A program made the position numbers and the translations under genes. From positions 15,112 through 79,111 of the forward strand of contig CACJBO010000001.1 in assembly GCA_902591665.1 (NCBI GenBank): a DNA stretch of 64,000 nt, in the 5' to 3' direction. This document shows positions 11,490 through 21,282 of this stretch, one piece after another. The stretch's first letter is position 1, and the number at the start of each line of letters is the position of its first letter. The notes beneath the pieces were generated by a model. That model was given only the letters and a program-made list of their open reading frames with translations. It had not been told where the DNA came from and searched no databases. Source of the DNA: an uncultured SAR86 cluster bacterium. Its GTDB lineage: Bacteria > Pseudomonadota > Gammaproteobacteria > Magnimaribacterales > D2472.

Positions 11490-13586
11490 TTAGAATGTTT
11501 TTCTGATTGAGACCCTTGCATTAAACGGCTCACCAACAGATGCCTGATGAGTGCTGTGTGAATGAGGGAAATATAACTCATCTGTAAGATTTTCTACATT
11601 CATTTGAATGCTTAGATCATCTGCAATCTTATAATATGCTCCAAAATCAATCCTTGTATATTCTGGCAATATTAATCCTGGCTTATTATTGCTAATGTTT
11701 GATTCGCCTTGTTGAGTCATACCAAAAGCCCACCCAAACTTATCTGAGACTTCATAGGTAGCAAATAAAGACAGCGTATGTTCCGGAATCTCTCTTGGTT
11801 CACTCCCAGAACTTGTTTTGCCATCCATTGAACTGTACCCAACAACAAGATTCATCTTGTCATTCACTTTTCCTTTTAACTCAAGCTCCAAACCATCTAC
11901 CTGAAGTCCAACAATCTCTGCACCCTCACCACTTGCATCTCTTGTTGCTATAGTCTGCTCACTGTCAAAATAAGCTGCAGCAAAACTTAGATTTTCAGAG
12001 ATAGCAATTTTTACTCCAAATTCACTACTTTCGTATACGTCTGGATCTAGAGCTGCAGCTGAAGAAGTTAATTTTTTATATTGCTCACCAGATCTTGGTA
12101 AAAAACTTTCGCTATAACTGTAGTACCAAGACACATTTTCACTTGGCTTAAAGATTACGCCAGCTCTAGGAGAAAATTCTTTATCTTCTCTAGATTGCGA
12201 AGTTCCTGATTTAATATCAGCAACTGTTATATCAAAAGTATCGTGACGGCCGCCAATCATTAATTTTAATCTATTGGAAACATCTATTTGGTCCTGAAAA
12301 TAAATAGATGTAACTTCAATATCAGATCTTGTTTTACTTTTAAGTTTTGCTGTAAAGTCATTGCTTGTTGCAACGCCTGAAGAATTCACTGAAAAGTTCA
12401 TTGGTCTAGTTATATTAAAAATTTCATTATCATCGCTTGTTGTAGACCAAAACGTATCATATCTATGATTGTCATTAGATGTATCTATAATTTCCCCACC
12501 AAATAAAAGCGTATGGGTAGAAGTTCCAATTTGAATTTCATTTACTAAATTACCTGTTATAACAGTATTTTCTCTTTCAGTTGGATCAAGGTAACCATCC
12601 ATGGTTACAACAGTCTCACCTGCGTTATAACCAGATGCATAATAATTCTTGTACACCTTTTCAAATTCACTTGAAACAATAGAAAGATTTCCCTTACTAG
12701 TATCAGAAAAATCAGTACTCAATGTTGCCCTGAAGATAGTAGCTTCAAGCGTTGTCAGATTTACGTCTTTATCACCAAAAGTGATCTTTTCAAATCTTTT
12801 AATAGGCTTACCGTTTTCTGTTGGAACACCTCTATCTATAAATCTTTCATGATCTGCATACTCATATGAAAGGTCCAAAGTAGTTCTTTCAGTAACTTTT
12901 AATTTTAATGTAGGATTAATGCCAGTTCTTTGCCCATCATAATGATCTCTATGATTTTCTAGTGCATCACTATGCATCATAAAACGCAAAGCTGAATTAT
13001 CTCCGCTTTGAACGTTATAGTCTAAGGTTAAATCATTTGCACCAAAGAAATCTACTCCAAAATCTACAGCTCCAAATTTGTCATTAAGAACTGCTTTTTT
13101 AGAAACTCTATTAACAACACCACCAGTTCCGCCTCTTCCAAAGAGTAAAGCATTTGGCCCTCTAAGAATTTCAACTTGTTCCACGTTATATAGAGAACGA
13201 TAGTATTGAACATCGTCTCTAATACCATCTTGAAAAAAATCTGCTGTCGACCTTACTCCTCTGAAAACTACTGCATCACGATGACCTTCTCCCTGAGAAG
13301 TATTAACACCTGGAACATATCTAATAATATCTCCAATTGCTCTAAAACCTTGTTTGCGTATGTCATCATCTGTGACAATTGAAACCGTTTGTGGGACATC
13401 TAATACTGGAACTGGAGTTTTTAAAGCAGTAACCTGATCAGCATATAAAACATTTCCTTTAACAACAATCTCTTCAACATTTTCTGAATCATCAGCAGTT
13501 ATTGCAAAAGATGCAATAAATAAAATACTTATGAATAGTAATGGAGATATATTTTCGATTAACTTTGTATAAATCTTTGGCATCAT
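11490..13586 (-). CDS. TonB-dependent receptor, siderophore-receptor-like
   Basis: Signal peptide, TonB box EEIVVKG, plug DVPQTVSIV...VEILRGPNALLFG, C-terminal NLTDELY...F; Fur box upstream. Confidence 0.9.
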   Translation of the reverse strand: MMPKIYTKLIENISPLLFISILFIASFAITADDSENVEEIVVKGNVLYADQVTALKTPVPVLDVPQTVSIVTDDDIRKQGFRAIGDIIRYVPGVNTSQGEGHRDAVVFRGVRSTADFFQDGIRDDVQYYRSLYNVEQVEILRGPNALLFGRGGTGGVVNRVSKKAVLNDKFGAVDFGVDFFGANDLTLDYNVQSGDNSALRFMMHSDALENHRDHYDGQRTGINPTLKLKVTERTTLDLSYEYADHERFIDRGVPTENGKPIKRFEKITFGDKDVNLTTLEATIFRATLSTDFSDTSKGNLSIVSSEFEKVYKNYYASGYNAGETVVTMDGYLDPTERENTVITGNLVNEIQIGTSTHTLLFGGEIIDTSNDNHRYDTFWSTTSDDNEIFNITRPMNFSVNSSGVATSNDFTAKLKSKTRSDIEVTSIYFQDQIDVSNRLKLMIGGRHDTFDITVADIKSGTSQSREDKEFSPRAGVIFKPSENVSWYYSYSESFLPRSGEQYKKLTSSAAALDPDVYESSEFGVKIAISENLSFAAAYFDSEQTIATRDASGEGAEIVGLQVDGLELELKGKVNDKMNLVVGYSSMDGKTSSGSEPREIPEHTLSLFATYEVSDKFGWAFGMTQQGESNISNNKPGLILPEYTRIDFGAYYKIADDLSIQMNVENLTDELYFPHSHSTHQASVGEPFNARVSIRKTF

Positions 13587-13725
13587 AATTTTCTTCTTAA
13601 TAAACTATTGGTTCTTAAAAGCCGCCGACCTCTCCAGATATTTTTGATAATTAAAACTTTTAATTTTCAAAAAAAGCACACTCTTAAGGGGACTATAAAG
13701 CTGACGACCTTTAAGAGATGTAAAT

Positions 13726-13747
13726 GATAATGAGAATGATTCTCATT
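13726..13747. promoter_or_regulatory. Fur box
   Basis: GATAATGAGAATGATTCTC matches 16/19 of GATAATGATAATCATTATC; perfect inverted repeat AATGAGAAT-G-ATTCTCATT at 13729-13747. Confidence 0.85.
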
Positions 13748-13816
13748 TGCAAGTAGAAATTAAAAAAATATACTTTTTTTTAAATAGTTAATAGTTTATG
13801 GGTATTTGAATGAACT

Positions 13817-14269
13817 TTATTTATTTCCGCGAATCAGGAAATAGACACTAAGTACAAATAAAAACATCTGCTCGCTTGTTAAGAGCTTCATTGGGGGCCA
13901 AACAAACCAATCCGGATGTCCGATATAAAAAACATTAAACATTAAAATTACAAGAAACAAAGCAGACATCCTAGTAGTAAAATGACCTGCCTGTGATGCA
14001 AACAATCCAATTAGTCCACCTAATATAATCCCTACCCCACCAAGAATTTCAACTAAAATTACAATAGAGACAAACACTTCAGGCATTGGAATGAAAATGC
14101 TTTCAAACCAAGTTACCATTCTATGTTGCTCCTCCATCATAAAAGGTGCTGGTAATTTTTTATAGCCGTGTAAAAAGAAAGCAATGCCAAGTGCGATTCT
14201 AAAAAACCAAGGAGCAATGTTATTAAATGGGCTTGAAATAGAATCTAGTCGTGCATTAATTTTTTTCAT
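13817..14269 (-). CDS. DoxX family membrane protein
   Basis: RIALGIAFFLHGYKK and VEILGGVGIILG motifs; about 4 TM segments. Confidence 0.8.
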   Translation of the reverse strand: MKKINARLDSISSPFNNIAPWFFRIALGIAFFLHGYKKLPAPFMMEEQHRMVTWFESIFIPMPEVFVSIVILVEILGGVGIILGGLIGLFASQAGHFTTRMSALFLVILMFNVFYIGHPDWFVWPPMKLLTSEQMFLFVLSVYFLIRGNK

Positions 14270-14277
14270 GTTTACTC

Positions 14278-15582
14278 CTAATTTTCTAAAAGTATATCCT
14301 TGTCCTCACAAAGAGCAAAGCCATTCACACCGATGAAACGATCTAGCTCATCCCTTCCAATATCAATATGAGCATATATTTGACCGCTAGATGATATTTT
14401 TTCTTCATTTATACAACCCATTCTAAATAGCTTTGATCTAATTTTTCCTAAGGATGATTCTAATGAAATCCATCCTTTGTATATACCATTAAAAAGCTCT
14501 TCATTTATTAAATCCCTTAACTCTGCTATACCAATATTTTTTTCAGCTGATATCCAAACCTCTTTTGATATCTGATTTGAAGACTCTTTACTGAAAAACA
14601 TATCTACAAGGTCACATTTATTGTTAATTCTTATTTGTGGAATTTTTTCTAAATCTAGATCAGTTAATATCTTATTTACTTCCACTTCCTTTTGTTTTCT
14701 ATCTACATCTGAAGCATCTACAACATGTAGTAACAAGTCAGCCGATTTGAGCTCATCTAATGTGGCCTTAAATGATTCTATAAGCTGAGTTGGTAGTTGA
14801 GATATAAAACCAACAGTATCAGAAAATAATATTGGCCCAAGTTCTGGATCTATATTTTTTCTTGTTACTGAATCTAAAGTTGCAAACAATTTATCTTCTG
14901 CTTGCTGTTTACTATTTGTAAGAGAATTAAAGAGAGTCGTCTTACCAGCATTTGTATAACCAACAAGAGCAACTAATTTATTTCTACTTTTTTTTCTTGA
15001 ATAGCTGTTAAGCTGTTTTTGTTTATGTGCTTTGTCTAATCTTAATTTAAGTCTTTTAATTCTATGGCCAATCAATCTTCTATCAGTTTCAAGCTGAGTT
15101 TCACCGGGACCTCTTAAGCCTATACCACCCTTTTGTCTTTCTAAGTGGGTCCATCCTCTTATTAGTCTTGTAGACAAGTGATTTAGTTGTGCTAACTCGA
15201 CCTGAAGCTTGCCGATATGAGTTGTAGCTCTTGAAGCAAAGATATCAAGGATGAGTTCAGTTTTATCTATGACTCTAATTTTTAAATATAGTTCAAGATT
15301 CCTTGCTTGAGATGCAGATAGCTGATGATTAACAATTGCTAAGTCTGCTTTAGCTTGTTGAACTTTATTTTTAATTTCTTCAAGCTTTCCTTTATTGATA
15401 AAGTGGCTAATGGAAGGTTTGCTTTGCTTACTGTAGCTTTTGTCAACTATTTCAGCTCCAGCAGAATTCACCAATTCATTAAATTCTTCAAAATCATTTT
15501 CAAGCTCGTGGCCCGTTTTAAGAGATTCGACTTCAAGAAAGATTATTAATGTTTTTGAGATTTGAGTTTGTTCAATAATCAT
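14278..15582 (-). CDS. hflX: Ribosome-splitting GTPase HflX
   Basis: GKLQVELAQL, RGPGETQLETDRR, GYTNAGKT, DTVGF, NKCD. Confidence 0.96.
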   Translation of the reverse strand: MIIEQTQISKTLIIFLEVESLKTGHELENDFEEFNELVNSAGAEIVDKSYSKQSKPSISHFINKGKLEEIKNKVQQAKADLAIVNHQLSASQARNLELYLKIRVIDKTELILDIFASRATTHIGKLQVELAQLNHLSTRLIRGWTHLERQKGGIGLRGPGETQLETDRRLIGHRIKRLKLRLDKAHKQKQLNSYSRKKSRNKLVALVGYTNAGKTTLFNSLTNSKQQAEDKLFATLDSVTRKNIDPELGPILFSDTVGFISQLPTQLIESFKATLDELKSADLLLHVVDASDVDRKQKEVEVNKILTDLDLEKIPQIRINNKCDLVDMFFSKESSNQISKEVWISAEKNIGIAELRDLINEELFNGIYKGWISLESSLGKIRSKLFRMGCINEEKISSSGQIYAHIDIGRDELDRFIGVNGFALCEDKDILLEN

Positions 15583-15630
15583 ATATTTAAGAATATTGTA
15601 GAGATTTTATAAAAATTTGTTAATATTAAA

Positions 15631-15792
15631 TTGATATCATTAAAAATTCTTTTAGGAGATTATTTTATAGATAAAGGAGAAAGAGCAAGGAAATCAGCAA
15701 TTGCTAGTTCAAAGAGAAAAGCTGTAAGAGAAATTAAGAAAAAGAGACTCAATAAGCTTTATAGAGAATTACGAAAAGCTCGAAAAAAATAA
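15631..15792 (+). CDS. Very basic small protein (not in ORF track)
   Basis: Open frame from TTG 15631 to TAA 15792; AGGAG lies 8 nt before an in-frame ATA at 15667; product (M)DKGERARKSAIASSKRKAVREIKKKRLNKLYRELRKARKK. Confidence 0.5.
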   Translation: MISLKILLGDYFIDKGERARKSAIASSKRKAVREIKKKRLNKLYRELRKARKK

Positions 15793-15864
15793 AGTAAGTC
15801 TTTGAACATGGTATTCAGATTGTACTTTTAATATAAAAGTAATAGGGGTTTATATAATTTAAAA

Positions 15865-15951
15865 ATGATAGATAAAATATTAGAAAAAGTAGATAAGTAT
15901 ATTGTTTTGATTATTGTTGTGCTTTGTCTTTTTATTGCTAGCGTGGCGTAA
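15865..15951 (+). CDS. 28-aa single-TM peptide (not in ORF track)
   Basis: MIDKILEKVDKYIVLIIVVLCLFIASVA; stop lies 2 nt from the stop of the convergent gene. Confidence 0.4.
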   Translation: MIDKILEKVDKYIVLIIVVLCLFIASVA

Positions 15952-15953
15952 GC

Positions 15954-16538
15954 CTAAAATTTCTTTTTTTGAGATTCACATTTGCCTGAAGCAAAAATTT
16001 CAATTTTTGGATTCTTGTTTTTTGAACCATCTTTTTTATTAAGCCATATATCTCCTGACATCTGACCCTTGCCTGTATACCAGTTAAAAGTATTTGAAAC
16101 TCTATAAGCACCGACTTCGTAATCTGGAAAAATACTATGGGTTTCACCAGATCTCATTGAATGTTCTACTGTGATACCAGTTTTAGATTTTGTGGCTTTC
16201 CACTCTGCATCTGGATTAATCCATATTGGAGAAGGTTCTAGTGTATGAGTAAGTGATTTAAAAGTTTCTTTTTCTGAATCAACCTCCCAGTATTGAACGA
16301 TGTATATTTTATCTTTTTGCCAATCTTCTTCAGCAAAGTTTGTTTTTGCTCTTTGAAGCAAAAATAAAGATTGTTGTGTCTGTCTAGCTAAATTTTTGAA
16401 GAGTTCTATACCTTCAGAAAGGTATGTCTTCTTAATATCTTTGTAAGTTACTGAATAAGTCCCATCTAACTCACATAAAATTTTGCTATTCTCTCCATAA
16501 ATAGAAAAAGAAAATAAAATCAAAAAAAGATAACGCAT
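15954..16538 (-). CDS. Hypothetical exported protein
   Basis: Signal peptide MRYLFLILFSFSIYG; one Cys near each terminus; no family recognised. Confidence 0.7.
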   Translation of the reverse strand: MRYLFLILFSFSIYGENSKILCELDGTYSVTYKDIKKTYLSEGIELFKNLARQTQQSLFLLQRAKTNFAEEDWQKDKIYIVQYWEVDSEKETFKSLTHTLEPSPIWINPDAEWKATKSKTGITVEHSMRSGETHSIFPDYEVGAYRVSNTFNWYTGKGQMSGDIWLNKKDGSKNKNPKIEIFASGKCESQKKKF

Positions 16539-16545
16539 AATTCTT

Positions 16546-16800
16546 TTAGCTTGGGTATTTGCTTGCCCAGTATTTGTCTAATACAAAATACCAGACACTA
16601 TTTAACAAAGGCTCTACAATTGCATCCGTTATAGCTGCAGAGAAGCTTGCACCAGTAAAATACATCACGCAAGAAGCAGCAATAATAAAATGGCCAATTG
16701 TATATATAATTGTTCTTATAATAGTTCCGCGGTTAGCTTGATACACTCTTTGAATTGGTGCATTAAAGAGCATTACTGATTTTTTAATTTGTTCAATCAT
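16546..16800 (-). CDS. DUF2061-like small membrane protein
   Basis: RTIIYTIGHFIIA...AIVEPLLNSVWYFVLDKYW pattern; ATG at 16800 preferred over 16830. Confidence 0.7.
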   Translation of the reverse strand: MIEQIKKSVMLFNAPIQRVYQANRGTIIRTIIYTIGHFIIAASCVMYFTGASFSAAITDAIVEPLLNSVWYFVLDKYWASKYPS

Positions 16801-16865
16801 ATTGTTCAAACTATAACAAAAAAAACACAATTGAAGATAGTTAAATAACCATTTAATATGGCAAG

Positions 16866-19289
16866 ATGCTTAACCCCGAAAAACTAGTAAAAGAACTAAC
16901 ACTTAAAGAAAAGATTCAAATTTTAAGTGGTTATGATGCATGGTATACCCATAAAATTGAAAGATTAAACATCCCAAGCCTTAAAATGTCTGACGGACCT
17001 AATGGTGTCAGAGGTGATGGAAAATCAGGTAAGTCATCTGCATGTTTCCCATGTGCTATATCTGTTGGATCAACATGGAATATAGAACTTGTTAATGAAC
17101 TTGGACAAGAATTAGGAAATGAAGCAAAAGTAAAAAGTGTAGATGTTCTTTTAGGTCCAACTATTAATATCCACAGACATCCTTTGGGGGGAAGACACTT
17201 TGAATGTTTTTCTGAAGATCCTTTTTTAACAGGGAAAATAGCTATTGAGTATGTAAATGGTGTTCAATCAAAAGAAGTGGCTGCATGCTTGAAGCATTTT
17301 GTTGGTAATGATACAGAGTTTGAAAGGTACACAGTCAGCTCAAATATTGATGAAAAGACATTAAGAGAAATATATCTTCTTCCTTTTGAAATGGCTATAA
17401 AAGAAGCCAATGCTCAAGTTGTCATGAGTGCTTACAACAAACTAAATAATATTTATTGTAGCTCGGATGAAAACCTCCTTATAAATATTTTAAAAAAAGA
17501 ATGGGGTTTTGATGGTTATGTTGTCAGTGATTGGGGCGCTGCAACTGAAACTATTGAAAATGCATTAGGCGGACTTGATTTAGAAATGCCTGGCCCTGCT
17601 AAAACATGGGGAGAAAATTTACTCAAAGCAGTTAATGAAAAAAAAATATCAATTAAGATGATTGATGACAAAGTAAAAAGAATATTGAATGTATTAAATT
17701 TCTCTAAAAGATATGAAAATCTAGATAACCAATCAGAAGGAGCTATTAATTCAAGTTCACAGCGACAACTTTTAAAAAGAGCTGCTCAAGAGGGGATGGT
17801 TCTATTAAAGAATGAAAATATCCTTCCAATGAAAAAAGATATTTCTTCAATTGGCATTATTGGACCAAATGGAACTAAAGCTCAGATAATAGGTGGTGGG
17901 AGCGCAACTCTTGTGCCCTACTATGAATCACACCCAATTGAAGCTTTTAAAAGCTCGTTAAATGAAAATACTTTAATTCGATCCTCAAAGGGATGCCATA
18001 CCTATAGATACCTTCCTGAAATAAATAAATCACTTACAGAAGAAGATGGGTTTTTGGTTGAATACTTTAATGTCACTGAGGGCGGGAATGATTTCATTTC
18101 TAGCAAGGTTTTAACCGGAAGTAAGTTTTGGATATTTGAGGGTTTTGCCAAGGATATTATTGGGGGTGATGAAAAGCCTGATATTCTTGTTAAATTTTCT
18201 TGTACTTATACTCCAAACATTAGTGGCGAACATAACTTTGAAATTTTTGCGATAGGAAAAAGTAAGTTACTAATCGATGAGACTGAAATCATAGATAACT
18301 GGACTAATACTTCTCCAGGAGATGCATTTTTTGCTCATGGAACTACGTCAAAAAGAGGCAGCAAAGTACTTAAGAAAAATAAAAGTTATAAGATTGAGAT
18401 TCAATATAAATTTGAAGGTAATTTTCCTGCTATTTACATAGGATGTCAGCCACCAGATAAAATTGATTTGATGGACGAAGCACTCAAAATTGCAAAAGAA
18501 GTTGAGCAAGTAGTATTAATGGTTGGCACCAATTCAGACTGGGAAACTGAGGGCAATGATAGAGTAGATTTTAATCTGCCTGGTAAGCAAAATGAACTAA
18601 TTGAAAAAGTATTAGAAATAAATCCTAATACAATTGTTGTTTTAAATACTGGCTCACCAATAAATATGCCATGGATTAATAAAGCGAAAGCTGTTATTCA
18701 ATCATGGTATGCCGGTCAAGAATATGGCAATGCTCTTGTTGATATTTTAACTGGGGCCACAAACCCATCTGGAAAGTTACCAACAACATTTCCAGTTAAT
18801 CTTTCAGACACTCCTGCTTTTGAATCCTATCCTGGCAAAAATTTACAAATGGACTATGATGAAAAATTATTGGTGGGCTATAAATGGTATGACAAGAATT
18901 TAATTGAGCCACTTTTCCCATTTGGTCACGGCTTATCTTATACAGAATTTGAATATTCCGAATTAAAAATTAAAAAGGATATGAATAATAGTTTTATTTG
19001 TTCATACACGGTCAAAAATACTGGAGATACTTCCGGTTCTGAGATTTCACAATGTTATGTGCAGCCACATGAAAGTGATAACAATGAACCAATTAAAACG
19101 CTTCAGGGTTTCGATAAAACATTTTTGAATCCAGGTGAGTCCAAAGAAATTGAGATTGGATTAAGTAAAAGAAATTTCTCCTCATGGGATTTATCAAAGA
19201 ACGACTGGGATATTAAATATAAAGAATATGATATTTTGATAGGATCTTCGTCAAGGGATATTAAACTGATTGAAAGAATTAATTTATAG
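16866..19289 (+). CDS. GH3 beta-glucosidase with PA14-like insert and Fn3-like C-terminus
   Basis: SDGPNGVRG, CLKHFVGN, VVSDWGA nucleophile motif, ETEGNDR, PFGHGLSYT; no signal peptide. Confidence 0.93.
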   Translation: MLNPEKLVKELTLKEKIQILSGYDAWYTHKIERLNIPSLKMSDGPNGVRGDGKSGKSSACFPCAISVGSTWNIELVNELGQELGNEAKVKSVDVLLGPTINIHRHPLGGRHFECFSEDPFLTGKIAIEYVNGVQSKEVAACLKHFVGNDTEFERYTVSSNIDEKTLREIYLLPFEMAIKEANAQVVMSAYNKLNNIYCSSDENLLINILKKEWGFDGYVVSDWGAATETIENALGGLDLEMPGPAKTWGENLLKAVNEKKISIKMIDDKVKRILNVLNFSKRYENLDNQSEGAINSSSQRQLLKRAAQEGMVLLKNENILPMKKDISSIGIIGPNGTKAQIIGGGSATLVPYYESHPIEAFKSSLNENTLIRSSKGCHTYRYLPEINKSLTEEDGFLVEYFNVTEGGNDFISSKVLTGSKFWIFEGFAKDIIGGDEKPDILVKFSCTYTPNISGEHNFEIFAIGKSKLLIDETEIIDNWTNTSPGDAFFAHGTTSKRGSKVLKKNKSYKIEIQYKFEGNFPAIYIGCQPPDKIDLMDEALKIAKEVEQVVLMVGTNSDWETEGNDRVDFNLPGKQNELIEKVLEINPNTIVVLNTGSPINMPWINKAKAVIQSWYAGQEYGNALVDILTGATNPSGKLPTTFPVNLSDTPAFESYPGKNLQMDYDEKLLVGYKWYDKNLIEPLFPFGHGLSYTEFEYSELKIKKDMNNSFICSYTVKNTGDTSGSEISQCYVQPHESDNNEPIKTLQGFDKTFLNPGESKEIEIGLSKRNFSSWDLSKNDWDIKYKEYDILIGSSSRDIKLIERINL

Positions 19290-21282
19290 TCAATTGTTCA
19301 ATTTCTGCATCTGTTAAATTAAGGCTTGTAGCAAAAATAGAGCTATTTAATTCGTTAATAGTTCTTGGTCCAATAAGTGGGAATATTACTTTTGAAGATT
19401 GTATTACATACGCAAGAGCGATCTCTATTGGTTCAACATTCCTTTCTGCTGCTATGTTAAAACAAATCTCCCTTTTTTTTAGATTAATTTCACTATGCCA
19501 AACTCTTTTTTCTTCATCCATGGATGGGTTTGAAAAATGATCACTCGTAGCTATTTCTTTTTTCTTTATAAAAAAGCCTCTTGCAGTGCTAGACCATGGA
19601 AACAATATGATATTGTTTTGATCGATATAATCTAAAAAATTATTATCAATAGTCACACAACCAGGCCACACAGGATCAATCATTTCTGCAAGACTAAAGT
19701 TATTACTTAATATAGTGAAAGGTTCCTTATTTTCTTTAAGAGCAAAATCTCTGGCTTGCTTAAACCTTTCTAGCTCCCAATTAGAGGCACCAATTTTATG
19801 AATAAGGCCTTCGGCTTTTATTTCATCAAGAGCGTCAATAAATTCAGATACTGGTATATCGTTGTTGTCCCTGTGGAGACAATAAATATCAATTTTATCA
19901 AGATTTAATCTTTCTAATGATTCGATAATTTGCGGTTTAATACATTCCGGTCTGCAATCAGGTGTATGTGCACCCTTGCCCAAAACTAAAACCTCTTCTT
20001 GAACGCCTCTAGAATTAATCCAATTTCCTAAATATTTATCACCCATACCATTGTTATAAATATATGCCGTATCAAAAACTCTTCCCCCTGCTCCGTAAAA
20101 ATAATCAAACATGGCGAAAGCATGAATATCTGAAGTTTGATTGTCGCAACCAAGAGCTAACTTAGAAAAATCTTTATCAAATCCATCGATTTTGATTCCC
20201 TCAAGTTTTTTATTTTGGGTGGAAAAAAACTTTGATTTAATAAGTTGAGAAGTCTCTGTTGATTCGTGAGGGCATTTAATACCAAGCTCTTTTCTCCATT
20301 TATCAAGCCACAACATTATGCTTTGAGAATCAGCATGAGATATTAAATCAGATTCCAATTTATTGTTAAGAATACATTCAGAAGCGTGATCGATTTCTCT
20401 TGTAAAAAGCCCAACCTCATCTTTGTAAGAAATTTCATCAACAAGTTTATTTTTGGAATAAACCTTTATTGAAGAATGTCCGTCTTGAAATTGACCACAG
20501 TGCCATGGTTGGCTAACACTTAACTTATAGTCGCCACTAATAATTTCTAAGTTATTTTCATATACCTCATTAATGGCGCATGAGATATTAGCCTCAATAT
20601 TTTCTGAAAACAAAATACGAGCTTTTGAATTGCTATCAACACCAGTCTCATCCAAGTTGCCATTAGCTTCAAAGCTTATTGGATCCGCATACGGTTTTTT
20701 TAATATATGTCCTGCTAATAATTTACTCATTGATAAGGGATAACAGCCTACATCCATAATAGCTCCGCCGCCTAACATAAGGTTTCTTAGTCTATGGTCT
20801 TTAGGTATTTCTGCATGGAATCCAAATGAAGAATTAATTTCTACTTTTTCATTAGTGTCACGCAGGCTCTCAATATTTTTAAGAATATTAAAAGTTTGTG
20901 GGTGTGTTCTATACATATAAGCTTCCATTAAGAAAACTCCATAATCTTTAGCCAGTCCAAATAAAACCATACTTTCAATATGATTCATTGCAATTGGCTT
21001 TTCACATAAGACATGTTTGTTGTTCTTCATTGCTTGCAATGCATATTCAAAATGTGAGCTGTGAGGTGTTGCAATATAAATTGCATCGATTTCATTTGAT
21101 GAGACTAGTTCCTCGATATCATTTATACCGGTAACATTGAATTTCTGAGAGAATATTTCAAGTGTCTCTTTATTTCTTCCAAAAACAGAAATCAATTCTG
21201 ATTGATTGCAATGTTTAATTGAATGTGCAAAAGCACTGGCTATTGATCCAGTTCCAACAATACCCCATCTAATTTTAGACAT
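19279..21282 (-). CDS. Gfo/Idh/MocA oxidoreductase fused to aldo/keto reductase
   Basis: N-half RWGIVGTGSIA, CEKP, GGGAIMDVGCY; C-half FDTAYIY, SLERL..DKIDIYCLHRD, IGASNW, PLIGPRT. Confidence 0.88.
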   Translation of the reverse strand: MSKIRWGIVGTGSIASAFAHSIKHCNQSELISVFGRNKETLEIFSQKFNVTGINDIEELVSSNEIDAIYIATPHSSHFEYALQAMKNNKHVLCEKPIAMNHIESMVLFGLAKDYGVFLMEAYMYRTHPQTFNILKNIESLRDTNEKVEINSSFGFHAEIPKDHRLRNLMLGGGAIMDVGCYPLSMSKLLAGHILKKPYADPISFEANGNLDETGVDSNSKARILFSENIEANISCAINEVYENNLEIISGDYKLSVSQPWHCGQFQDGHSSIKVYSKNKLVDEISYKDEVGLFTREIDHASECILNNKLESDLISHADSQSIMLWLDKWRKELGIKCPHESTETSQLIKSKFFSTQNKKLEGIKIDGFDKDFSKLALGCDNQTSDIHAFAMFDYFYGAGGRVFDTAYIYNNGMGDKYLGNWINSRGVQEEVLVLGKGAHTPDCRPECIKPQIIESLERLNLDKIDIYCLHRDNNDIPVSEFIDALDEIKAEGLIHKIGASNWELERFKQARDFALKENKEPFTILSNNFSLAEMIDPVWPGCVTIDNNFLDYIDQNNIILFPWSSTARGFFIKKKEIATSDHFSNPSMDEEKRVWHSEINLKKREICFNIAAERNVEPIEIALAYVIQSSKVIFPLIGPRTINELNSSIFATSLNLTDAEIEQLTIN

